Positions 24,803-37,129 of a DNA stretch of 64,000 bases are shown here, one piece after another; within the stretch, counting starts at the first letter, position 1; every line of letters begins with the position of its first letter. The stretch comes from Nemertoderma westbladi (taxonomy: Eukaryota > Animalia > Xenacoelomorpha): the NCBI GenBank assembly GCA_032718475.1, contig JAUCBJ010007446.1:35335-99334 (forward strand), in the 5' to 3' direction. The notes below the pieces were generated by a model that saw only the letters and a program-made list of their open reading frames with translations, did not search any database and had not been told where the DNA came from. A program made the translations under genes and the position numbers.

Positions 24803-27800
24803 CAACATATGGAGTGGGCGTGTGACTCTATTATTTTATGTTATTATTATTATTTTTATATTTATGTATGTATTACTAGGTAATTTTATTATAATCGTTT
24901 TATTTAATTTAGTAGAATATTATTTAGCGATTATTTTGTAGAATAGTGCAATATATTCGTGTTTATTATGTACATACTTACTTATATTATATTTAGTGCG
25001 ACGGCGAAGAAATAATTATTTTTCTCTTCCTTACTGTCCGTATTATATTATAAATACGTAACTACAGTAAGATGAAATGTCTGTACTTATTGAGGTACAA
25101 TAAAGCCACTACTATATTTAAGTATTATTGGTAGGCAGAGTATTAGGAATGCAAAGTTCAGATCCTCGTGTCTCGGCTAAACCAAGCTCTGGGTAGACCT
25201 TGGAAACGACTTGCCTCTTCACACTGACATTGCTTCGTGCGATATTGCTCTCATACCGTATATTAAATAATACATATAGTAGCGTGATGTCCCTTTAACA
25301 GTAGCGTATAACGCAAAATAAATCTGTTAAACCCTTTGACTATCTGTAATTCTAGTCGATTAAGATATCGTGGCACCCACCGATATACTTGAAAGACAAA
25401 TTCTAGAATCAGTGGTTAACGTCCCCAGACAAGTTCTGGAATAAATTGGTGCCCATCTCAAATATTAATTATTTAATATTTGCAAATCTAATACGTCAAA
25501 ATCTGTAAAATTCAGATCCTTCAACAATTCTAGTCAATTAAGATATCGTAGCATTTACCGATATTCTTAAAAAGACAATTGTCATAGAATTAAGGATCTT
25601 GTGTCCCCAGACATGTTCTGGAATCCAAATATGTCCATTTAATTATCAAATAATAAAATTTCAGGGAATCAATTTAAATTCATGCCTTTTAATGAATTTA
25701 ATAAATTGCCATTTTTACGCAATTTATAAAGTTCCCAAAATTCCATTAATTAATAGATCAAGGGAGCGGAGATTTATCTTATCATGCGTATGAGTGTGTG
25801 AAAGTCTCCCAAACATAGTCAATAGCCGATAAAATTCATAAAGTCATGTATAAAACAGAACATTGACTATTAAAGAATTACTATTAAATAACATCCCAGA
25901 TCTGTATGCATTGGAATCACCCTAATTCTACCGCTAGCTTTGCATAATGTCACCATAGCAACAACCACGCTAGAATTAGAATTGAGTTAAAAGAACAATA
26001 GAAAGCTTGTCCCATTGAATAGCATAGGGAATAAATAGTGCACTGATAGTATCCAAGGATACATAATAATACAGTGACATTCTGGAAGGCATTGACTAAC
26101 GGACAAGTGACCCGAGTGTGTGTAATTTGTGACAAGTTGTGTGTGTGGTATTTGTGAGTTTATAGGTGAATGTTACTGCTAAGGTGTGTTTACAGTAGCT
26201 AGTCGCAATCGTAAAAGTAACCTAACTCTCCAAGGAAACCTGAAGTACATCTAAGCCTTTGGGACGGACAGTTGAGTGACTTGTGCCGGTTGTCGTTGTC
26301 GTTGTGCGGCTACGTCGTTGGCGAAAGTACAGCGGCGACGACACATCGGCGCTGAGGATCTCGTACTGTCCGGGGGTTGATTGAAGTAGGCAGCGACGCC
26401 CGCTCGCCTAAATGTGGACTCATTATAATATGGATAAACTCATATATAGCAGATATGACGGAGTTGATAGAAGATGGTCTTGGTATCGGGGAGCGATATA
26501 CTCTACTTTTACAAGCGCTTGTTGATAGCTTAATACGCGGCGACGTTAGTCCAACTGCTGCGGAGGACGATGGTCGTTATATCGAACCGCCAATGTCCCA
26601 AGAGCAGCTCACGCGTGAGTTGGACTATAGAAAATTCGCTGCTCGATATACGCGGCGCAATGGTACGTATATGGGCTTCTTAACTACTGGTCATCCTATC
26701 GATTTACACAATACGGACTATGTCGACTATATATCCTGCCCAGCGGAGTCGGAACCATAAACGGAAATTCGAATGCGAAAATTCTATTCGAAATCGACTC
26801 GAAAGAAAAGACACTTAAGAAACAAATGGACGCGGTGACTCCAACGTATATTTGGAATTCTTGATAGAAGCATTGTAACAACAAATAAATATCGCCCGCG
26901 TTTACCCCATCAGACGTGCGTCTTTGGTATTATTACGATAAATGCCCTAGACCCAACTAATAAACGGAAAGACATAAACATCCACGTAAACCGAAACTTG
27001 TTGACGTATCACCTATGCTCACTCGGCTCGAACGATCCTGGAGTAAACCTACGATCAGAGTCCCGGAATACTCGGTCAAACCTCCTCATTCCTTAGTTGG
27101 ACCTCAGACCTGCGATCTTGGTGGTGTCGCGGATCCTCGCGGACTGTATTCACTGTTCAAAGATCTAGTGCTACCCTAACAATTAATCGGTAACACTCCG
27201 GCAGTGATTTCTAGCTAGCCGCCCATCTTACCTAGCCAGATTGTGACGCGGACACCTAATATCACTATCCAACCGTATGGTCGTCCACGTTTAACGCGAT
27301 ACAACCCCTCATCACGGTGAAGGAGAGCGTTGTACGAAACGAGTTAAACGCTATTTTATAAAGATCAAAAGGGAAACCTGCGTTTGTTCAGATAAACGTA
27401 AGTTATACCAGTGAGTCCAATCGATAAACGAATTGGCCTTATCTCAATTCAATTGAGAAATCCAGAATCTCTAAGAAGTTATCGAACTTGGACGATCCTA
27501 TTCTCTGCGAGAGTTTTTGGATGAACGTATCCAGCTACGAGCGGAGGAAAATCAGCTCGAGGAGAAGCATATCGAAACGGCAGATACCTCGACCACAATC
27601 CTACACCTTCTGATGCAATCATATTGCACCCTTCACCCAGGAGTTATGGCCCTCCTAGTAAAGTGGCTCCCCCCAAAGAGAAAAAGACTCTTGCTAGCCT
27701 CAAAAAACTGCGTAAACGCCGTCTGCGCAAGAAAGACTAACTGTTTAGAGTATCTTTGTGTTTTAGAAACTGTGATTTTTATATTTTATGGACTGAAAAT

Positions 27801-27818
27801 CCCATTTTCTGGGAGCGG

Positions 27819-29060
27819 TGTAAAAGCCTTTGCTGAATTGCCCCGTTATTTTTATTAACTTTTACATTAAAATACTCTGTAGTTGATTTAATAAGTGTAA
27901 GAGACCGTATTATTGCTGTATCGGTGTTTTTAGAGGATCTAAGACCTATTTCCTCCGTATGTGTACTGTGAAAGGCACATTTTGTGATTCTATGGCAATT
28001 CGTGACGCAAAGGGGTGATAGCTACTCTTGAACAGTAGTTACTATGACTACGGTTAACAGCTGACATTCATACGTGTTGATTTCCTTTGTTCTATGGCGT
28101 CTCTCAGTTCAGTCAGCCAATGAGAGCGTTTTTGTGGCTCCTTGTACAGAAAATTTCCGAGAAATGACGCAATGCCTATGTGCAGTGTTTACATTCAGTC
28201 TTGAGCCAAAGAAAGAACGGCTTGGAAGTATTTTGTGCTGTACTGTTTTTTAGTCGTACACTAGTAGGTTTAATTATAAAGGGCATATATCCTTTAACTG
28301 ACCTGCAATTTAACATACCTGATGACTGCAAACTGACTACTTGAATATCTCATGCCTATGTGCACTGACATACCGGTACTGACTTGTTGTTTTATACTGC
28401 TATTTGCCGTCAGTTCTTCATAATATGGTTGATGAATAATTATATTTGGAATAACGATAAATAACCCCGCAACCCAATATTCTTGATATACCGAAGGTAA
28501 GAGAGAAAGGTTACTAATAACGATTGTGACTTATGTTAAAGTGGTTTGAAGTGAATCTAATGTTATTTGATAGACCCTACATGAGTCAGCCTGTGTTCCT
28601 TTTATATGTGACTAAAATCAGTGAAGATTGGCAGATTAGTGTGCAGTATTGTGCAGCATAGTGTATGAGTGAGTCTGTTAAAGAAGCAATTCCTAAAGAA
28701 TGCGCCATATATGTGGATTATAATTAAGCCATATCGTTGCGAGTAGTTTAAGTCATAACTCTGTTTATGTAGATAAAGCGCCACGTCCTAAAGGAACTGT
28801 TAATATTACCGAAGGTGAATAATATTGTCAGAGATTATATAATACTGTCAGTCGAATAATACATTAGGCTTACATAGCAATAAAAATTAAACCGTCGAAC
28901 CCAATCTCCCGGGAATATCCAGCGGGTGAATGGTCGCGCACGGATTGGTTTCGACTAGTGTAGTGAATCAAATACTTGTCATAGACTAAAAAGCGATTTA
29001 TTATCTAGAAGACATTCTAATTTGGCGGGTTAAACTGCCAAAGGTCTGAAAGCGCGAACA
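27819..29060 (+). repeat. 3' LTR
   Basis: Direct repeat of 17287-18528, preceded by a polypurine tract at 27811-27818. Confidence 0.95.
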
Positions 29061-29208
29061 GGGGTGGGGTATACATTTTTTTTGTGACAGGGGGGGGGGG
29101 GGGGGGGTTGGGGGTCAAAAAACTGGAAAATTTGCGTGACATACTTTATGAACGCCCCCTAATATTGAGTAACTAAACACGAATAAAACATCCAATCAGA
29201 CAACCCAC

Positions 29209-29390
29209 CAGACTTATTTGGATGAAATCTCCCTGGTCGTCCTTCTCTCCAACCACCTTGACTAGTACGGTGTCATCGAGGGTGGTCGCTACCCCCACAG
29301 CTAATCGGTCGTACTTCCTCGAACGACGTTGAGATTCCGGGTAATTATATTCCAGTCGTCCGGGTAACTGGAAATACCATCTGGTACTCA
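29209..29390 (-). CDS. NRXN: Neurexin exon: start of LNS6 (first exon shared by alpha and beta forms in vertebrates)
   Basis: cccatttag|TGAGTA...AGTCTG|gtgggt; 182 nt, phase 1 to 0. STRWYFQLPGRLEYNYPESQRRSRKYDRLAVGVATTLDDTVLVKVVGEKDDQGDFIQISL matches [60 protein letters not shown]. Confidence 0.92.
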
Positions 29391-29443
29391 CTAAATGGGG
29401 GAAAATAAAATCAATAGAAAAATCAAATATATAAGTATTAATT

Positions 29444-29549
29444 TATAAGCGCCCTCGTTATATAGCCTCCTACTATAAGCGCCCTCGTTATATAGCCTCC
29501 TACTATAAGCGCCCTCGTTATATAGCCTCCTACTATAAGCCTCACTCGT
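29444..29549. repeat. 30-bp tandem repeat, ~3.5 copies
   Basis: TATAAGCGCCCTCGTTATATAGCCTCCTAC. Confidence 0.85.
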
Positions 29550-29676
29550 TCACCTTAGAGGTGATTATTAATTACATTATCTGTAACAAAGATGACACAT
29601 CAATCGTATAGGCCGTGAGTTCCTCTGTAGATTGGTCGATCAGTGATTGACAAGGTGGGTTGAATAGCCATTACAT

Positions 29677-32235
29677 ACTACTACTAGGATCGGCATGCTG
29701 CATTGCAGCTGCATTTGCTGCTGCAATGCAGCATTTGCTTGTAGACAAAATTGCGCCGCCACAACTCTCTATCACCCATAACATTTGCAAGATCATCCGC
29801 ATCTTCAAGGCCAGTGTCCTTTAAGATGCGTCTCAAGAAAGTCATGGGCTGTCCACCATGCTTATTCACTCCATGAGGCTGCCAAAGTACAAGATTATGC
29901 ACTGGCTGGTCCTCACGGCGAAAGTAATGTCCTGCAAAGCGGATGCGATTTTGTTCTAGTGTCAAGCTTGGGGGAACTAATGAGACACCTCCAATGTTAT
30001 ATAGTGTCTGGTTGGAGATGTGTGCATTGCCGTTGACACAATGAACCCGGCGTAGCATTCTTGTGAAAGTGCCATCCAGAGATTTGGTGTCCTCAGCAAT
30101 TAGAGCCCAGCATGGACTCCCATAGAGGAGTACTGGAACTACTGCTGCTCTAAATAATCGGACATTAATTTTCCGATTAATTCTCGGTGACTTCCAAATC
30201 CTGGAAAGCCTATTCAAGGCTGCCCATGCCTTTCCCTTACGTATTCGAAGGTCCTCACCTGACTTCCGGATCCATGATCCCAGGTAACAGAAGTCGTCCA
30301 CATGCTCAAGCATACCATCCTTTGAGCTTATGTTCATCCGATCAGAGACTTGCTGAGGACTTTCAAAGTTAACTGTCAAAATTTTGGTCTTTCTGGAGTT
30401 AATAAAAAGAGCAACACTAGAAGCAGCATGTTCTAATGAGCTGAGGAGCGGTTGGGCTCCCTCTAGTGATTCTGAGAGTACTCCTAAGTCATCAGCAAAG
30501 TCTAGATCAGTTAGGTACTTGGCAGGATTTCCTCGACTTCTGGAGCCAGTAGATGGAGTTATCATCACTCCATCATCATTATGATGATCTAAGGACATGC
30601 GTAAAACATAGTCAACCACAATTATGAACAAGAATGGTGCAAGTGTGTCTCCCTAGAGGATGCCCCATAACACTTCAAATGGTTCTGTGTCACCGTCAAC
30701 AGTAGACACAAATGTTGTCGAACCATCGTATACTGATCTGATTGCTGCAATAATTTCATCAGCAATCCCATATAATGAAAGTATGCTGAACATACGTGAA
30801 CGAGATACTGAATCAAAGGCCTTGAAGAAGTCAACAATGATAACAGCCAGATTCCTGTCTTTCCTTTTTGATAACTCTTCAATTATCCTTCTAAGTGCCA
30901 AAATGGGCTCCATGATCCCACGACCTTTACGGAACCCATTCTGATTTCCACGGAGCAGTCTCTCAATGGGATCCCTGCGATTTAATAGAATTCTATTGTA
31001 TAGCTTTGCAGCAATCGAGATCAATGAGATTCCCCGAAAAGAACCATAGAGTGTTAGGTTGGCCTTCTTGGGAACTGGCACCAACTTATTTGTTTTCATT
31101 TCTTGTGGGACTCTTGTTGTTCGGTACATGTCTTCTATGATGGGATAGATGAGCTTTTCAAGTATTTTAAAGACCTCAGGGGGAACACCATCTAATCCAC
31201 TGGCATGATTGGTCTTAATGCTCTTTGCAGCAGCCTTCACTTCTGCAAAGGAGATATCGCCAATGGGAATATCTGGGAGTACAGACTCAGACACTTTTAC
31301 TTCTATAAAGTTATCAGGCAATACCCTGTCATTATTGAGGAGCTTTTCAAAGTGGGCTTTCCAACCATTGAGGCGATCGGCTGGTGATTCAGCCTTAACC
31401 TTGGTGGTTGGTTGGCTTTTCCGCCCAGTAAGCAAGTTGATCGATTTCCATGCCTGGGATGATTGCCTGCTGTCGTCAGCATCATTGATGGCATCAACCT
31501 GTTGGTTTATTAGCTCCTGTAAATTAACAGAGTACTGCCTGTTCAGGGACCTAGATGCAGCCTTGACTGCATTCTTGGCCGCTGTAGTCTGTTTGAGTCG
31601 GGACTATTTCTGCACCTTATAGAGGTAATTTCGGCACTTCTGAATTTTGTTGTCAGTCCAGAGGGCCCTTTTCCTGTTTCGAGGGTATACAGGAACTGTT
31701 TCTGCAGCTGCTAACTTAACTGCTTCTGTGAAGGCAGTATAGCGCTCACAGTGATCTGCCGCCTCAGAGGCAAGAACCTCGTACCTGTTGCTCTGCTGTA
31801 GTGTGAAGCTGGATCTCACACTTGGCTGTTGCAACAGAGAGGACCAGTCATGCCGCGACAAGGCAGATTTCGTTGTTCTGCTAGCACGCAGACTAAGTCT
31901 TACCTTGGCCACAATAAGGCGGTGATCACTCGAGAAGGGTCGAAGTGTAAATGCATTACAGTCTTGCATAGAGCTCCTATATTTCCTACGAAACAGAATA
32001 TGGTCTATCTGGGACTTGTGACCACTGGGTCCCACCCGAAACACCCGAAAACAATCCATTTCCAGAGATAAAATCCTGAAGATGGACGGAATTTCGGTTA
32101 ACACTATTGCTATAGACCCAGGGCAATGTAGGTGATTGATGCAGACTTGCATTAAAGTCTCCCAGGAATGTTAAGAATGCATGCTGATCCACTCCATCAG
32201 TAGCTGCTTGTAGATTGTGGTATATTGGTGTCCGT
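29677..32235 (-). mobile_element. Degenerate 5'-truncated RTE-like LINE (APE endonuclease end + reverse transcriptase), frameshifted
   Basis: GDFNA, SQIDHIL, SDHRLI (APE); FRGISLISIAAKLYNRIL, QNGFRKGR, DFFKAFDSV, DLDFADD (RT). (TAG)n tail at 29677-29686. Candidate TSD TAGCCATT(A/G)CAT at 29665-29676 and 32236-32247. Confidence 0.92.
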
Positions 32236-32287
32236 TAGCCATTGCATGAATGGCTAACGGTAGAAGTAGGGTGAGAGAGTGATAACT

Positions 32288-32435
32288 AGAGACTAAAGGC
32301 AACCAATAGGGAGTAATGGTGGGTATAGGATAGAGACTAAAGGCAACCAATAGGGGGTAATGGTGGGTATAGGATAGAGACTAAAGGCAACCAATAGGGA
32401 GGGGGTAATGGTGGGTATAGGATAGAGACTGAAGG
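32288..32435. repeat. ~44-48-bp tandem repeat, ~3 copies
   Basis: TAGAGACTAAAGGCAACCAATAGGGAGTAATGGTGGGTATAGGA repeated. Confidence 0.8.
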
Positions 32436-32884
32436 ATATAGCATAAAGAGGTATATAATAAGCGATAAATATGTAGATGTATGATAAATATTAATATATG
32501 TATATGTATGATAAATATTAATATATGTATATGTATGTACTATCTATATATATTTATATTGCACCAACAACAACAAAACAAAAGATTCCACCACAACAAT
32601 ATCCATCAAAAGAAATAAAATAAATTTAGTATAAATAGTTCCGAATGTTACGTATCAATACAATCAATAATTCCTATCAGTGGCAGATATCTGGGGGACG
32701 TAATTATTAATCATAAAAATAAGGCACAACTAGTGTATCAATAAAGATATGTTGGCCCCTATTGGTTTATAATGTAGTAACCAACCACGGTGGGTTTACT
32801 GTGTAAAAATGTAAAACCAAATTACTAAATCATAAAAAACCCATAACCCATCTCTAGAGATTTAACCCTAAATAGAACTCCTAG

Positions 32885-34054
32885 TTACATATCTGTTTCC
32901 TCTTCCGACTCTAACAGAGCCTCAGTATCTTCTGTTTCTAACTGAGTCGACCTGTTTCTCTTCCTCTTCCATTCGATGTCTTCCCGATAATAATAGGCCT
33001 TGAATGCGACGTGCATGGCCACCCCAGCGACACAGACCATCATCCCTACGATATTCAGTGGCGACAACCTGCTGTCTCCACCGTAAAGACTCGCCAAAGT
33101 CAGAGTCAATATCTCTTTAATGACTCCGCTCACGCAGAAGCCAATGCTCGATATTCTAGAAACAAAAAGAAACTCGGACATCTCGAGAAAAAAAGCGATA
33201 AAAGCGCCGCCACTAAACTTCGTAAGGGAAAGCAGGATAATATCTAATGGCTGGTCAAACGATATAGAAGATGTAAACAGTTTACTCTCAAAAACAGCGG
33301 CTAAAGGTAACAAACCCACAATCATTATTGGTTGTACCACGAATATAACATCTAAAGGATTGCTGAGTCCGAAGTCGGCTCTTTGGGTCACCACTTGAGC
33401 CAAAGTCCATCGGATTCCGCTTAAAATGGACGCGGAAAGAACCAAAATAAAGCCGAAAACGTTAACATCCGTCTTCTTGTAGGTGAACATAAATAAACCG
33501 CCGGCTATAAGGAGCACAACGATAAGTATAGAGATGCGAGGTTTCTCTAGTTTTAGGATCAACGCGCATCCCAGAATCCATATAATAACGGTACTCTTAG
33601 ACATCGTGTATAGAGTTATTGTTATAAACATAATACTCCAGTTGGATAATCCGATATCCCAGGCGGCCGCCAAGCCGGTGGGTAGAATGGACCAGCAGTA
33701 CTGCTTACAGGATAATCCTACGGGTTGGTAACCACAACAACGGATCCTTACACAACGGGACACAGCTGCCAAAATAAATTTAATTACTAAATGATAACAA
33801 GTCATAATTAGTGGATATTTGAAGTCGCGTAGAACCCATTTGTTATAGAAGGTGAGACCTATAGAACAGCTGTAGTAGAATAAAACTAAACAGAAGACGA
33901 ATATCCCCCGATTACAGAGTTCCTTGCAGGATGGTCTATTGATGGAAGAGTCGCGAGAAATGTTGTGTTTCAGTTTAATTTTAGTTTCCCTAACAACCCG
34001 TTTGGCTTGGCGTCTGAAGTTACGCGGTTCATTGTCACTTTTAATAACAACCAT
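32885..34054 (-). CDS. SLC35C2: Solute carrier family 35 member C2-like (nucleotide-sugar/triose-phosphate transporter family), single coding exon, 389 aa
   Basis: SIGLTFYNKW, PTGLAAAWDIGLSNWSIMFITITLYTMSKST, LSGIRWTLAQ, GLSNPLD, SEFLFVSRISS...GVIKE; multiple hydrophobic segments. Probable 5'UTR intron acceptor (ttcgttgcag) at ~34171. Confidence 0.92.
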   Translation of the reverse strand: MVVIKSDNEPRNFRRQAKRVVRETKIKLKHNISRDSSINRPSCKELCNRGIFVFCLVLFYYSCSIGLTFYNKWVLRDFKYPLIMTCYHLVIKFILAAVSRCVRIRCCGYQPVGLSCKQYCWSILPTGLAAAWDIGLSNWSIMFITITLYTMSKSTVIIWILGCALILKLEKPRISILIVVLLIAGGLFMFTYKKTDVNVFGFILVLSASILSGIRWTLAQVVTQRADFGLSNPLDVIFVVQPIMIVGLLPLAAVFESKLFTSSISFDQPLDIILLSLTKFSGGAFIAFFLEMSEFLFVSRISSIGFCVSGVIKEILTLTLASLYGGDSRLSPLNIVGMMVCVAGVAMHVAFKAYYYREDIEWKRKRNRSTQLETEDTEALLESEEETDM

Positions 34055-35629
34055 TATTATTATATTGAGTTATTATTCATCGTACCAGTCTGCCAGTAGC
34101 CCTATCTGCCCATAGAATTAACCTATCGTCTTGGGGATGAATCATAATTAATTTAAGTGGCACAATGATGCTGCAACGAAACAGAACACATAAATTTAAA
34201 AATAAAAATATATACCGGTACTTAGGCTGTTAGGCTAGGCCTATGTCCCCTCAATAGGCCTACTGAAATAACTGAATCCTACCGGTACCTAATATACTAT
34301 TGTAATTTAAAGTCGACTTGATTGACGCGATACACTTAAATACAATACAACAATACACTTAATTTAATAGCCTACTGTAATAAGGAAATTTAAAAAAAAA
34401 AATACAAATTCTTTTACAAATATTAAATTCCAATAAAAAGTCGACCGAAAAGTGAAAACCTGGTCGGCGGTACATACTGACAGACTCTGAGACTGCTGTC
34501 TGGATGTAGCTGCCGATATAAATTATAAATAAATCATAAACTGCCCTACATCCTGACATCAGGCTCACAAATTAAGGTCACCTACGATTCCTACCTAGCA
34601 GGCTACCGGTATGTCCGCACTGTCATAAGGACAGTAGGATTACCGGTAGCGGTAACTAGGCGACTAGGCCTACCGAATCGAAATAATCTATATTCCTAAA
34701 ACTGTAAAAAATGCTGATAGGCCTGCTGCAATACCAGAAGGTATTAACGTGTTTGGGCAGTTGGGGGCCTCCACATAATACAGTAGGCTAATACTGTAGG
34801 CCTACTGCTGTAGGCCTAATATAAGTAACACACGTCATAAACCAATTGAGGGAAAGGAGCAGGCAGGCAGGTTACAGAACCAGGATTTTCTAACCAAAAC
34901 AATAAACGACAGAACAGAAACAGCTTTAGAAACAGCACAGCCTGACAGTAGACAAAGAATGTCGTGATACAGCATACAGCTGCTGGCTGCACAGTGTACA
35001 TGGTGTATGTCAATATGGTGTACGTAGTAGCCTACGTCTGTACGTACGTCAGTACGTACTGTACAGCCGTACCAGAAAGGCTTCATGTACAATACAGCAG
35101 TATGCAGTACAGCAGTACAGGCTGACAGGCAACAGGGACAGGCAGATTCTGGATTCTGAGATTCGATAGATTGATTTAGTTGTCGTCAGATTGTAATTTA
35201 AATTTACCGCCATTATTAAATCAGTTAATGGCAGTGATTTTTATGTCCTTTTATTTGACTTTTTGTCCTCCTTTTTTTTTACGAATTTGCATAATGAGTT
35301 TTGTTGTCCCTTTAATGACCTTTGTTGTCCTTTAATGACTTTTTTATGTATGTATTTCTTCAAACTGTCAGACCGATGATTTCTGGACTGTCAGATAGTT
35401 GATTTCAACATGCCTATGCCAAAACATTCAAAATTTGTTGATTTCTGGTCTGTCGGACAGTTGGTTTCACTATGCCTGTGCCAAAACATTCAAAATTCCA
35501 TGATTTATAGACTATGAGCTAGATTTCCATATGCGCCTGTGGTAAAAGACTCTAAATTTAATAGTTTGTGGTTGTTGTCGATAATCGATTACCACATGAC
35601 GTAGGAAAACACTCTTTTTTATAGCCAAA

Positions 35630-36190
35630 AACAATTACCAATTGATGGAAAGGAGCAGGTTAAGGCCGGATTTTCTAACCAAAACAATAAACAGTCACTT
35701 TACCAAATGAAGGAAAGGAGCAGGTTACAGAGGCTACCCTTTCTAACCAAAACAATAAACGGTCACTTTACCAAATCAGGGAAAGGAGCAGGTTACAGTG
35801 GCGGGATTTCCTATTCTTATATTTTCTAACCAAAAGAATAAACAATCACTTTACTAAATGAAGGAAAGGAGCAGGTTACAGAGGCGGGCCTTTCTAACCA
35901 AAACAATAAACGATCACTTAACTAATTGAGGGAAAGGAGTAGGTTACAGAGGAGGGATTTTCTAACCAAAACAATAAACGATCACTTAACTAATTGAGGG
36001 AAAGGAGCAGGTTACAGAGGCGGGATTTTCTAGCCAAAACAATAAACAGTCACTTTACTAAATGAAGGAAAGGAACAGATTACAGAGGCGGGCCTTTCTA
36101 ACCAAAACAATAAACGGCCACTTTACCAATTCATGGAAAGGAGCAGGTAACAGAGGCGGGATTTTCTAACCAAATCAATAAACTATGTCA
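35630..36190. repeat. Degenerate ~60-65-bp tandem repeat with dispersed single copies at ~14645-14695 and ~34840-34910
   Basis: GGAAAGGAGCAGGTTACAGAGGCGGGATTTTCTAACCAAAACAATAAAC motif. Confidence 0.85.
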
Positions 36191-37129
36191 TGAACATAAC
36201 AATAAACTATGTCATGAACATTTGATGGAATGGGACAGCTTAAAGAGAGAGCATCATTGACCTACCATTACCGTATTTAAATGGTAGGCTACACAGTAGG
36301 CCTACAGCAGTACCGGTGCCGATACCGGTACTAAAATACCTAAAATACCTGCTTTATACCTACATCTGTACATACAATACAGCAATACTGCAAAATAGTG
36401 CTCTATATACTAATACCGGTACTGATAGACTGAGAGAACAGCAGTAGACAAACCGGTAGCATGGAACCTAACGGTAAATTTCTGGAGGACATAAAAAGTA
36501 AAAAAAAAAGGTCATCATGAGTGATTTAAAAGGAAAATAAAAATTATTGCGATAATTAATTATAAGAAGGCAAAAATGAAATTAATCACAATGTCATTGC
36601 CAGTCAAGTCTCCCACCCAACCAGGTACCCGTTTCGACCTCACTGGGTCTCCTCTACTTTATGGTGTCGGATTTGACACATTTTGTGCACAACCCTGTTA
36701 AAAAGTACGCATGTGATGCTGATGAGATTAGTCGTACAATGTATTGTAAAACAAAGTATTTTCGGTAATTAAATTAATGATATAAACAAATATATATACG
36801 TACTCACTCATATTCATATTTTCTACTCAATCTTAATTGTAGGAGATAGGGGATATTTTCCGTTATGCAATACAATATGTGTCAGTGCATATAGAAACCC
36901 GACTTGAGGGTCACGTGTCAGTTTTAGAGTTATATAGAGTACACCAGTAGAAGCTCAATTTAATTGTGGTTGGTTCAGATGCAACAACAACCAATTCGAT
37001 TCGATCATCCGTTCAAAAGTTAGTAATCAAAGAGTGTAATTGAATATATTAAAAATTTTGATGATACAAATTATAAATATCTCTATAAAGGTAAATAAAA
37101 CAGCGTCACAAATAATTAGAGAAATTAGA

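Larger units (their letters stand above)
17287..29060 (+). mobile_element. BEL/Pao-type LTR retrotransposon, 11.8 kb, non-autonomous (no RT core, no integrase), recent
   Basis: Two 1242-bp TG...CA LTRs at offset 10532 with no differences noticed. Gag-protease ORF inside. Purine tract GGGAGCGG before the 3' LTR. Confidence 0.93.
17190..29159. mobile_element. ~200-bp PIF/Harbinger-type MITE split in two (17190-17286 and 29061-29159) by the LTR element
   Basis: TIRs GGGGGCATTCATAAAGTATGCCACGCA / TGCGTGACATACTTTATGAACGCCCCC (2 mismatches); TAA on both outer sides. Confidence 0.85.
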
